From a cyanobacterium endosymbiont of Braarudosphaera bigelowii (GTDB lineage Bacteria; Cyanobacteriota; Cyanobacteriia; Cyanobacteriales; Microcystaceae), in the NCBI RefSeq assembly GCF_020885515.1, contig NZ_AP024987.1:750001-782000 (forward strand): 32,000 nucleotides of DNA, in the 5' to 3' direction. Positions 8,408 through 16,510 of the stretch are shown here, one piece after another. The notes beneath the pieces are model-generated. The model was not told the origin of the DNA. It saw nothing but the letters and a program-made list of their open reading frames with translations, and ran no database searches. Position 1 is the stretch's first letter. Each line of letters begins with the position of its first letter. Position numbers and translations under genes: made by a program.

Positions 8408-9481
8408 ATGCTTAAACTTTTATTTTTATCTACTCCTGTAGGTCCTTTAGGATCAGGTGTTGGCGGAGGCGTTGAATTAACTTTGTTTAATCTTGCTAAA
8501 GAAATGAATCGAAGAGGACATCAAGTCAAAATCGTTGCGCCTCAGTACTCTAGTCTCCCTAATATCACTTGCCAAGAGATACCAGGCGTTTGGCAAGATA
8601 TGGTTCAAAATTCTACGAGAGATGCACCTATTATCCTTCTACAAAATTCGGTCTTAGCCAATATGTGGAATTTTGCAAAAGAAGTAGAGAATGATTATGA
8701 TCTAATAGTCAATTTTGCCTTTGACTGGCTTCCACTCTATTTAACTCCTTTTTTTAAACGTACTATCGCTCATCTAATTAGCATGGGATCGACGACAAAT
8801 GCTATAGATAGTATGATTCATCAAGTGGCTAAATCTTTTCCCTACACTATTGGCATCCATACTCAGGAGCAAGCAAAAACATTTCCTTTTTTAGAAAATT
8901 TCTATATTTTAGGTAACGGTATAGATATATCATTATATGAATTTTGTGATAATCCAAGTAATGATTTTTCTTGGATCGGCCGTATTTCTCCTGAAAAAGG
9001 CTTAGAGGACGCTATTCTAGCGGCAAAAGACGCTAATGTAAAACTTAAAGTTTTTGGAAAGATTCAAGATATAGAGTATTGGAAAAATATTCAAGCTGAT
9101 TACTCTAACGCTGATTTTCAATATGAAGGATTTTTCAGTACAGAAAAACTACAAGAAAAAATAAGAACAAGTAAGGCTATATTAGTAACACCGAAATGGG
9201 TAGAAGCATTTGGTAATGTAATTATTGAATCATTAGCCTGCGGAGTTCCAGTTATTGCTTATAAACGTGGTGGTCCAGCTGCATTAGTCAAGCATGGAGA
9301 AACAGGGTTTTTAGTGACCCCTGATAGTGTTAATGAATTGGTTTATGCTATTAATAATATAGGAGAAATCAATAGAGAAAGATGCCGTCATCAAGCAGAA
9401 ATTAATTATTCTTTGCAAGTATTAGGTGATCGCTTTGAGAAATGGATGTTAATGTTAAACAAAATAAATAAAAGTAAGTAA
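8408..9481 (+). CDS. GT-B fold glycosyltransferase, family GT4/group 1 (resembles the cyanobacterial family annotated UDP-glucose:tetrahydrobiopterin glucosyltransferase, tentative)
   Basis: 357 aa with a C-terminal GT1/GT4 sugar-donor motif, EAFGNVIIESLACGVPVIAYKRGGPAALVKHGETGFLV. The N-terminal LFLSTPVGPLGSGVGGGVELTL.NLAKE...RGH.V...AP, together with NFAFDWLPLYLTPFF and GRISPEKGLEDAI, matches my memory of BGluT-type proteins. Confidence 0.75.
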   Translation: MLKLLFLSTPVGPLGSGVGGGVELTLFNLAKEMNRRGHQVKIVAPQYSSLPNITCQEIPGVWQDMVQNSTRDAPIILLQNSVLANMWNFAKEVENDYDLIVNFAFDWLPLYLTPFFKRTIAHLISMGSTTNAIDSMIHQVAKSFPYTIGIHTQEQAKTFPFLENFYILGNGIDISLYEFCDNPSNDFSWIGRISPEKGLEDAILAAKDANVKLKVFGKIQDIEYWKNIQADYSNADFQYEGFFSTEKLQEKIRTSKAILVTPKWVEAFGNVIIESLACGVPVIAYKRGGPAALVKHGETGFLVTPDSVNELVYAINNIGEINRERCRHQAEINYSLQVLGDRFEKWMLMLNKINKSK

Positions 9482-9605
9482 CTAATTCTTTTTTTTTAAG
9501 TTATTTAAACCAATAGATATTACAAACTAATGTGGTGATAGTCAGCTTTTTGTTAAACTAGAAAAAGTGAGTTAAGATTCCTCTATACTTCAACAGTATA
9601 TAACT

Positions 9606-11444
9606 ATGAGTAATATCATTCTTGACGTTTCTAATCTTCATGTTGAATTTTACGTTAATAGGGAACTAAATAAAATTGCTGTAGATGATATAAGTTTTCA
9701 ATTAGAGAGAGGAGATATACTAGGTATTGTTGGAGAGTCAGGTTCAGGTAAATCTGTTACATCTCTAGCTATTATGGGTCTAATTCAGAAATCCGGAAAA
9801 ATTACCTCGGATAGTAAAATAAAATATTATGTAACACAGCAAAATTATATTGAAACAACTAAATTAAATTCTAAGGAATGGACACAATATCGTGGCAAGA
9901 AAATTGCTATGATCTTTCAAGAACCTATGAGTTCATTTAATCCTTTATATACAATTGGTTATCAACTTCTTGAGGCTATTGAACTTCATCAAAATTTAAG
10001 TAAAAAAGAAGCCAAAAATAAAGCTATTGAATTATTGCAATATGTAAAAGTTTTAGAAGACGATATTACACTAGAAAAAAATTATCTTTCAGAAAAAACA
10101 CAGGTAAAAAAATCAACATTTTCTCCAAAAAATAACTTAGATCAGAAACAAGTTCAATCATATATAAAAGAACAAAAAGAAGCTTTTTTGCGACGTTATC
10201 CGCATGAACTTTCAGGAGGTCAGCTGCAGAGAGTTATGATTGCTATGGCCATTTCTTGCAAACCAGACATCCTAATCGCTGATGAACCAACAACAGCTCT
10301 TGATGTTACTATTCAGAAAGCTATTTTAAAATTACTACTAGGTCTGTGTAAACAAAATAATATATCTATGATTTTTATTTCTCACGATTTGGGTGTTATT
10401 AATGAAATTGCTGATAAAGTTTTGGTTATGTATAAAGGGAAAATAGTAGAGAGAGGAAAAAAGGATCAAATTCTTTATCATCCAAAACATTATTACACTA
10501 GAAGCCTAATAGCTTGTCTTCCTCCTCTAAAAACTAAAATAGATAGATTGCCTGTAATTTCAAATTTCTTTCATCACAAGGAAATAATCGATCCTTTTGA
10601 ACAAAATAATTTAATCAACAGAATAATTTCAGATAAAGAAATTGAAGATAGAGAAAAGGATGTTATTGATAAAAAAGTTTTATTATCAGTACGAAACTTA
10701 ACCGTTGAGTTTAATGAAGTTAAGGTACTTAACGATATAAATTTTGAAGTGTACACAGGTGAAACTTTAGGTTTAGTTGGTGAATCTGGCTGCGGAAAAT
10801 CAACTTTATCGAAAACAATTTTAAAGTTAATTAAAGCAAAACAAGGAAATATTTTATTTGATAAATACGAAATATTAAAGCTTTCAGATAATAGTAATTT
10901 TTTACGAAAATTAAGAAAAGATATACAAATTATTTTTCAAAATCCTTATAATTCTTTGAATCCACGCTTGACCGTTGGAGAAACAATTATGGAGCCAATG
11001 ATTATTCATAAAATAGAAAAAAAATACGCTAAGAGAAAAGAAATTGCTGAGACACTATTAAAATTAGTTGGTTTAGAAGAAATGAGCTTTGAGTGTTATC
11101 CTCAAGAGTTTTCAGGAGGTCAAAGGCAAAGAATATGTATTGCGAGAGCCTTAGCATTAAACCCTCGTTTTATTATTTGTGACGAGTCGGTATCTGCTTT
11201 AGATGTTTCTATCCAAGCACAAATTTTAAATCTTTTAAAAGAAATACAGCAAGAATTTAAGCTAACTTGTATTTTTATTTCTCATGATTTAAGTGTTGTA
11301 AGATTTATGAGTGATAGGATTATGGTAATGAAAAAGGGGGAAATTGTTGAATTGGGAACGACAGAAGAAATTATTAGTAATCCAAAAATAGAATATACAA
11401 AAGAGCTTCTTAATTCAGTTCCACAACTTTATAAAGATAAATAA
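9606..11444 (+). CDS. ABC transporter ATP-binding protein with two fused NBDs (Dpp/Opp/Gsi/YejF-type)
   Basis: 612 aa. NBD1 has GESGSGKS, IFQEP, LSGGQLQRV and ILIADEPTTALD. NBD2 has GESGCGKS, IFQNP, FSGGQRQRI and FIICDESVSALD. The C-terminal oligopeptide-ATPase-like tails (YHPKHYYTRSL; NPKIEYTKELL) fit the Dpp/Opp subfamily. Confidence 0.85.
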   Translation: MSNIILDVSNLHVEFYVNRELNKIAVDDISFQLERGDILGIVGESGSGKSVTSLAIMGLIQKSGKITSDSKIKYYVTQQNYIETTKLNSKEWTQYRGKKIAMIFQEPMSSFNPLYTIGYQLLEAIELHQNLSKKEAKNKAIELLQYVKVLEDDITLEKNYLSEKTQVKKSTFSPKNNLDQKQVQSYIKEQKEAFLRRYPHELSGGQLQRVMIAMAISCKPDILIADEPTTALDVTIQKAILKLLLGLCKQNNISMIFISHDLGVINEIADKVLVMYKGKIVERGKKDQILYHPKHYYTRSLIACLPPLKTKIDRLPVISNFFHHKEIIDPFEQNNLINRIISDKEIEDREKDVIDKKVLLSVRNLTVEFNEVKVLNDINFEVYTGETLGLVGESGCGKSTLSKTILKLIKAKQGNILFDKYEILKLSDNSNFLRKLRKDIQIIFQNPYNSLNPRLTVGETIMEPMIIHKIEKKYAKRKEIAETLLKLVGLEEMSFECYPQEFSGGQRQRICIARALALNPRFIICDESVSALDVSIQAQILNLLKEIQQEFKLTCIFISHDLSVVRFMSDRIMVMKKGEIVELGTTEEIISNPKIEYTKELLNSVPQLYKDK

Positions 11445-11638
11445 TCAATCCTACTTGTTATATAACAAGACTATAATTAAAAAAAAGAGATGAGTAAGAG
11501 CTACGTTATCTGCTAAATATCTGAATATAAATATTTTCTTCTAGTGAAAAAGATATAAATTAGATTGTTCTCTATCAAAGCGAAATAAAATTGATAATCA
11601 TACTTAATTTTTAGATAATTTTAGCTTAACATTTAATG

Positions 11639-11687
11639 TATTGGAAAGTTTTAATCTAATTTTTATATGGATTAAAACTTTCCAATA
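11639..11687 (+). other. 18-bp perfect inverted repeat / RNA hairpin (candidate sRNA body or distal terminator)
   Basis: TATTGGAAAGTTTTAATC (11639-11656) and GATTAAAACTTTCCAATA (11670-11687) are exact reverse complements separated by a 13-nt loop, and are followed by ACGGTTAATTTTC. A promoter-like TTGATA-N17-GATAAT lies at 11591-11619. The structure is certain; the function is not. Confidence 0.35.
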
Positions 11688-11963
11688 ACGGTTAATTTTC
11701 TACACATTAATTCTGTTAATCAGTAAGCCATATCATACATGAATGATAAAGATTATTCCAAATAAAATCTAATTGATATAATTAGTATACTAATATTTAA
11801 TCTATAGTCACTTTTTGAATATAAAATAATTTTTTTAAAATCTATTAAGTTATCTTAAATATTATTTGAGTATAATTTAGCAAATATAATTGGTTATTAA
11901 GTAAAATATTTAAGATAGCTTCATACGAAAACATCTTCTCCATAAGAAATTTTTTTTAAAAAC

Positions 11964-13061
11964 ATGTTGAACAAAATTATATTTTTTTCTATAGTTTCTC
12001 TATTTTTTAGCTTTTCAGAAACTATTGCTTTTGGACTATCAACATCGCACGTAATTGCATCACAACAACCTATCGAAAGAAAACTTGATGATTTATTACG
12101 TCAAGGGCGAAAATATGCAGAAAATAAAGATTATCAAAAAGCAATTAATGCTTATAAGGAGGCATCCATCTTAGATAAAAATAACGCAAAAATATATTCT
12201 GGAATTGCCTATTTATACACACAACAGAAGAATTATCAGGCTGCTGCTCAATATTACAGAAAAGCACTTTCTATAGATTTAAGTAATGCAGATTTTTATT
12301 ATGCCTTAGGTCATAGTTTAGCCAATATTGGAGATAATGATAATGCAGCTACAGCGTACTACTATGCTGTGCAGCTTAATCCTAAGTCTGTGAAAAGTTA
12401 TATTGGGCTAGGCGTTGTACTTTTACGAAAAGAAGACTATGACGGAGCTGCTGAAGCTTATAAACGAGTTATTGCGTTAGATCCAAATAATCCTAATATA
12501 TTTTCTATTATGGGATCCTCTCTATTACAACAAAAAGAATTTAAACAAGCTGTTAAATATTTAAAAAATGCAGTTAAGCAGTTTCCACGTAATACTGAAT
12601 TAAGGCTTCTATTAGCTACTGCTCTATTACAAGAAGGTCAAATTTATTCAGGAAAAAAAGAGCTTAGAATAGCAGAAAAAATTGACCCTAGAAATTTAAA
12701 AATTCAGTTAAAAATTGCTGGCATATTGGAAGTTCAAAATAATTTAGAAGAAGCTTTGAAAATTTATAAACGTATATCTTATTTTAATCATAAATATTCA
12801 GAAGCTTATATGGGAATTGGGCGTATACAACTAGCACAAAAAGATTTCTTGGGAGCAACTATTACATACACAGATTTGATTAATATTATTCCTCAAAATC
12901 CTTTACCTTATTACTACTTAGGCCTTACCTTTAAAGAAAGAGAAAGAATAAAAGAAGCAGAAACAGCTTTAAAGGAAGCTCTGCAATTATATCAAAAATA
13001 TGACAACGCAAATGGTATACAAAAAACTAATGAACTACTAAAACAGCTTAATAAATTCTAA
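11964..13061 (+). CDS. Secreted tetratricopeptide-repeat (TPR) protein
   Basis: 365 aa. It has a hydrophobic N-terminal signal-like segment (IIFFSIVSLFFSFSETIAFG) followed by about eight 34-aa TPR units with the W/Y-G-Y-A-F-P pattern (e.g. YQKAINAYKEASILDKNNAKIYSGIAYLY, AAAQYYRKALSIDLSNADFYYALGHSL, AAEAYKRVIALDPNNPN). Confidence 0.8.
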   Translation: MLNKIIFFSIVSLFFSFSETIAFGLSTSHVIASQQPIERKLDDLLRQGRKYAENKDYQKAINAYKEASILDKNNAKIYSGIAYLYTQQKNYQAAAQYYRKALSIDLSNADFYYALGHSLANIGDNDNAATAYYYAVQLNPKSVKSYIGLGVVLLRKEDYDGAAEAYKRVIALDPNNPNIFSIMGSSLLQQKEFKQAVKYLKNAVKQFPRNTELRLLLATALLQEGQIYSGKKELRIAEKIDPRNLKIQLKIAGILEVQNNLEEALKIYKRISYFNHKYSEAYMGIGRIQLAQKDFLGATITYTDLINIIPQNPLPYYYLGLTFKERERIKEAETALKEALQLYQKYDNANGIQKTNELLKQLNKF

Positions 13062-13123
13062 CAATATAAAGGTTGTTAGCACATTATATTGATCAAAATT
13101 TTTTTAAATAAGAACAAAAATTA

Positions 13124-13154
13124 AACATTACTTGTAATATAAAGTAGTGTTTAG
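13124..13154 (+). terminator. Weak terminator-like hairpin after the TPR gene
   Basis: AACATTACTT (13124-13133) pairs with AAGTAGTGTT (13142-13151), giving 10 bp including one G-U, with an 8-nt loop. The trailing U tract is short (TTT). It lies 63 nt after the TPR stop. Confidence 0.3.
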
Positions 13155-13190
13155 ATAATCAATACTATCCTCTTCTGCTGTCATGAAGTA

Positions 13191-13976
13191 ATGTATGAAC
13201 CAAGTAATGTGATAAAACTAAACTTTGTTGATTTAAGCTGGTCTTTTGGTATGATGGCTATCGCTATAGCCTTATCAAACTGGCAAGAATTAGGGTTGGA
13301 AAAACAATTATTACTTGCTACAGGAAGAGCTTTTCTCCAATTATTAGCTCTAGGATACTTAATTTCTACTATTTTTAACTTAAATCATCCTATTCCTATT
13401 TTAACTGTTCTTGGAGTAATGCTATTAATTGCTGCAAAGGTTACACAAGAGCGTATCGATTATAATGGAAGAAGCTTTTTTTTCATCATTTCAGGTTCTT
13501 TGTTAATCAGCAATTTATTTACTTTAAGCTATGTTTTTTATTTAATTATTCATCTTCAGGTTTGGTATTCTCCCCAATATCTTATTCCCCTTGCTGGAAT
13601 GATTCTCGGGAATGCTATGAATAGTGCAGCTTTGTCTGGGCAACATCTTATTAAGAGTATTCGACATAACCAACGTGAAATAGAAACGTATTTATGTCTC
13701 GGGGCTACTCCTAGGCAAGCAATTACTAGTTATAAACACGAATCTATACGTATTAGCTTAATTCCTATTTTAAATCAAATGATGGTAGTAGGTATTGTTA
13801 GTTTACCTGAAATGTTTGCTGGACAGGTTTTAGGAGGATCTAACCCTTCTGACGCTTCTTCTCATCAAATCTTAATTCTTTTTATGATTGTTTTAACTAA
13901 TATGTTAACTTCTATTTTGGTAACAGAAGGAGTTTATAGACAGTGTTTTAATGAAAATTCACAACTAACAATTTAA
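13191..13976 (+). CDS. UPF0014 / FetB (YbbM)-type ABC permease, putative iron-export permease
   Basis: 261-aa polytopic protein. LEKQLLLATGRAFLQLLALGY, IPLAGMILGNAMNSAAL, LCLGATPRQA and IPILNQMMVVGIVSLPEMFAGQVLGGSNP align in my memory with E. coli FetB/YbbM. There is no FetA-like ATPase gene in the window. Confidence 0.75.
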   Translation: MYEPSNVIKLNFVDLSWSFGMMAIAIALSNWQELGLEKQLLLATGRAFLQLLALGYLISTIFNLNHPIPILTVLGVMLLIAAKVTQERIDYNGRSFFFIISGSLLISNLFTLSYVFYLIIHLQVWYSPQYLIPLAGMILGNAMNSAALSGQHLIKSIRHNQREIETYLCLGATPRQAITSYKHESIRISLIPILNQMMVVGIVSLPEMFAGQVLGGSNPSDASSHQILILFMIVLTNMLTSILVTEGVYRQCFNENSQLTI

Positions 13977-14009
13977 CTTTTCATATAAAAAATTTCAAAG
14001 AACTTAATT

Positions 14010-15197
14010 ATGCATTATATTGTTGTTTCAATTATTTGTCTTTCTATAGTTGCATGGATATATCTACTATTATTCAGAGGAGGATTTTGGCTAAATAATG
14101 AAAAAATCGATAAAAGTTCATATCATCTTAATAATTACCCTTCTGTCTGTGCAATAGTACCGGCTAGAAATGAGGCTACATTTATTTCTACAAGCTTAAA
14201 ATCTCTTTTAGAACAGAATTATTCAGGTAATTTTTCCATTATTTTAGTTGATGATCAAAGCACTGATAATACAAAAAATATAGCTAAGGAAAGTGTGAAA
14301 AATTGCAGTAATTCGAATAATTTGCATATCATTTCTGGGGTACCTCTTATAAGTAATTGGTCAGGGAAATTATGGGCAATAAAACAAGGAATTGATAAGG
14401 CTAATCAACTAAAAAATAAGCCAGATTATTTTCTTTTAACTGATGCAGACATTGAACACCATAAAAATAATTTAGAAGAACTTGTTACTAAAGCAAAAAG
14501 AGAAAATTTAGCTTTAGTTTCATTAATGGTGAAATTAAAATGTGAAAGTCTATGGGAAAAACTATTAATTCCTGCATTTATATTTTTCTTTAAAAAGCTT
14601 TATCCTTTTGCTTGGGTTAATAACTATTATAAAAAAACTGCTGCTGCTGCTGGGGGTTGTATACTAATTAGTCGATCTATCTTAGAGGAAATTGGTGGTG
14701 TCGAAGTACTTAGAGAAACTTTAATTGATGATTGTTCTTTAGCAGCTTTTGTTAAGAAAAAATTGAGAGACAATAAGAAATATGCTAACCAAGGAATTTG
14801 GCTGGGATTAAGTGAAGAAACGCTTAGTTTACGTTCTTATGATAGGCTAGAACCTATATGGAATATGGTAGCAAGAACCGCTTATACTCAATTGAACCAT
14901 TCTCCGTTTATGTTAGTAGGAACACTAGTAGGCTTAGTATTTATATACTTAATAGGGCCAGTTGGCTTTACATATGGGTTACTAGTCCATGATGAAACCT
15001 TAATAGTTCTTGGAATAATTAATTGGTTTTTAATGACCGTTGCTTATATGCCGACTATTATGTTATATGAGTGTTCTCCTTTATGGGCATTAAGTTTACC
15101 ATTTATAACCTCTCTGTATGCTGCAATGACTTTTGACTCAGCTTTAAACTACTGGAGAGGAAAAGGTGGAAGATGGAAAGGTAGAACTTATAGCTAA
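14010..15197 (+). CDS. Family 2 glycosyltransferase, HpnB-like (hopene-associated glycosyltransferase), membrane-anchored
   Basis: 395 aa with an N-terminal TM helix. GT-A motifs are present: VPARNEA, ILVDDQSTDNT, W.GKLWA...G, LLTDADIEH, SLMVKL.CES.WEKLLIPAF.FFF..LYPF, AAAGGCILI, IDD..LA. C-terminal TM helices are present. The motif order matches what I recall of TIGR03469/HpnB. It starts 33 nt after the FetB-like stop. Confidence 0.65.
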   Translation: MHYIVVSIICLSIVAWIYLLLFRGGFWLNNEKIDKSSYHLNNYPSVCAIVPARNEATFISTSLKSLLEQNYSGNFSIILVDDQSTDNTKNIAKESVKNCSNSNNLHIISGVPLISNWSGKLWAIKQGIDKANQLKNKPDYFLLTDADIEHHKNNLEELVTKAKRENLALVSLMVKLKCESLWEKLLIPAFIFFFKKLYPFAWVNNYYKKTAAAAGGCILISRSILEEIGGVEVLRETLIDDCSLAAFVKKKLRDNKKYANQGIWLGLSEETLSLRSYDRLEPIWNMVARTAYTQLNHSPFMLVGTLVGLVFIYLIGPVGFTYGLLVHDETLIVLGIINWFLMTVAYMPTIMLYECSPLWALSLPFITSLYAAMTFDSALNYWRGKGGRWKGRTYS

Positions 15198-15256
15198 GAA
15201 GTTAAGAACTATTCTCTAGAGATACATTTGTTGATGATTATTAAATACATACAATA

Positions 15257-15329
15257 CGCGCCCTGGAGGACTTGAACCCCCGACATCAGGTTTTGGAGAC
15301 CTGCGTTCTACCAACTGAACTAAGAGCGC
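15257..15329 (-). tRNA. trnW: tRNA-Trp (anticodon CCA)
   Basis: The reverse complement is GCGCTCTTAGTTCAGTTGGTAGAACGCAGGTCTCCAAAACCTGATGTCGGGGGTTCAAGTCCTCCAGGGCGCG, which I folded by hand. It gives a 7-bp acceptor stem, D arm GTTC/GAAC, anticodon stem CAGGT/ACCTG with loop CTCCAAA (anticodon CCA), T arm GGGGG/CCTCC with loop TTCAAGT, and discriminator G. The 3' CCA is not encoded. A TATAAT on the minus strand (15375-15370) lies about 40 nt upstream. Confidence 0.95.
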
Positions 15330-15424
15330 ATGGTTCGTGCCATAGTTAAATAACTTCCCACACTCTCTAATTATAGCGTAGTTTAGTCTGACTGTGTTTA
15401 GCTATGTGCACCATTTTAAAAAAA

Positions 15425-15787
15425 TTAAATAGGACGATCAAAACGTTGACGAATTCTAGTAGCTTTTCCTACACGATCACGTAAGTAATAAAGCTTGGCT
15501 CGGCGAACTTTTCCTCGACTAACAATTTTAATATTTGCAATACGTGGAGAATGAAGTAAGAAAACTCTTTCTACTCCAACTCCTTGAAAAGTTTTACGAA
15601 CAGTAATAGTTTCATTAATACCACCATTTCGCATTGCTATAACAACACCTTCATAGGGTTGAACTCGTTCCTTTCCCCCTTCTGAGATACGTACACTGAC
15701 ACGAATAGAATCGCCGACATTAATCTCAGGAAGGTTATCCTTCAAATATTTAGATTCTATACTTTTAATAATTTCTTGGGCATTCAT
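15425..15787 (-). CDS. rplS: 50S ribosomal protein L19
   Basis: 120 aa. The match to bL19 is unmistakable: [12 protein letters not shown]...[30 protein letters not shown]...[15 protein letters not shown]...[12 protein letters not shown]. Confidence 0.95.
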   Translation of the reverse strand: MNAQEIIKSIESKYLKDNLPEINVGDSIRVSVRISEGGKERVQPYEGVVIAMRNGGINETITVRKTFQGVGVERVFLLHSPRIANIKIVSRGKVRRAKLYYLRDRVGKATRIRQRFDRPI

Positions 15788-15847
15788 AGTTTTAGTAAAA
15801 ACTCACAGAATACCATAGTAATTTATTTCTTATTTAAAATCAATGTA

Positions 15848-16510
15848 TTAAAATTCAATTCCTGCTTGAGCTTTAATTTTTTGTTCCCTAAAAGGATGTT
15901 TTACTAAACTCATCTCAGTTACTAGATCAGCAATTTTCACTATTTCAGGAAGTGCATTTCTTCCTGTGAGTATAACATGAGTATTTTTAGGTTTGTTTTC
16001 AAGAGCATTAATTATCACTTGCGGTTTTAAATAACCTAACCTTAAGACAATATTTATTTCATCAAGGAGTACCAATTGATAATTAGAATTATTGATATAG
16101 GATAAACCTTTTTCCCATGCTTCTTCGGCTTTACAAATATCTCTCTCACGATCTTGAGTATCCCATGTAAATCCCTCTCCCATAGCATGAAATTGAAGTT
16201 GTTGCTCAAAGATTCTTAAAATATTTTTTTCTGCAGGTTCCCAAGCACCTTTAATAAATTGAATAATAGCTACATTAAACCCATGTCCTAGAGAACGTAA
16301 AACCATACCCAAGGCGGCAGTCGTTTTACCTTTGCCGTTCCCTGTATTAACAATAATTAGTCCTTTTTTATTTGAAGCCTCAACAAGACGTTCCTGCTGA
16401 ACTTCTTTACGTTGCCGCATTTTTTTTTGATACTGTTCTGTAGAAAGTTTATTTTCATTCATCATATAAACTAAACAATCCTCTAAAAAAACTTTAGGTT
16501 TATTTATCAT
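15848..16510 (-). CDS. cobO: Cob(I)yrinic acid a,c-diamide / cob(I)alamin adenosyltransferase (CobO/BtuR family)
   Basis: P-loop VNTGNGKGKTTAALG, plus V.IIQFIKG.W..GE, LDE........GYL and ILTGRNA...I...ADLVTEM..VKHPF..GI.AQ.GIEF. The ~40-aa N-terminal extension means the true start could be the internal MMNENK (about 16465). Confidence 0.85.
   Translation of the reverse strand: MINKPKVFLEDCLVYMMNENKLSTEQYQKKMRQRKEVQQERLVEASNKKGLIIVNTGNGKGKTTAALGMVLRSLGHGFNVAIIQFIKGAWEPAEKNILRIFEQQLQFHAMGEGFTWDTQDRERDICKAEEAWEKGLSYINNSNYQLVLLDEINIVLRLGYLKPQVIINALENKPKNTHVILTGRNALPEIVKIADLVTEMSLVKHPFREQKIKAQAGIEF

Noticed and set aside
10574-10756. 60-aa ORF antisense to the ABC ATPase gene
   Set aside because: It is a low-complexity S/L/I/F-rich antisense artefact within the inter-NBD linker region.
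11454-11469. 16-bp palindrome CTTGTTATATAACAAG right after the ABC ATPase stop, considered as its terminator
   Set aside because: It can form only about 6 bp with a tetraloop, and it is followed by an A-run rather than a U tract on the coding strand. That is too weak to call.
15213-15222. 10-bp palindrome TCTCTAGAGA between the convergent HpnB-like gene and trnW
   Set aside because: As RNA it forms at most a 3-4 bp stem. It contains an XbaI-type site but there is no evidence of function, so it is likely chance.
15351-15366. Yfr1-like motif (CTTCCCACACTCTC compared with the Yfr1 ACUCCUCACAC core) between trnW and rplS
   Set aside because: The sequence differs at several core positions and lacks the two flanking stem-loops. 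Only 3-5 bp pairings are possible, and it partly abuts the tRNA on the other strand.
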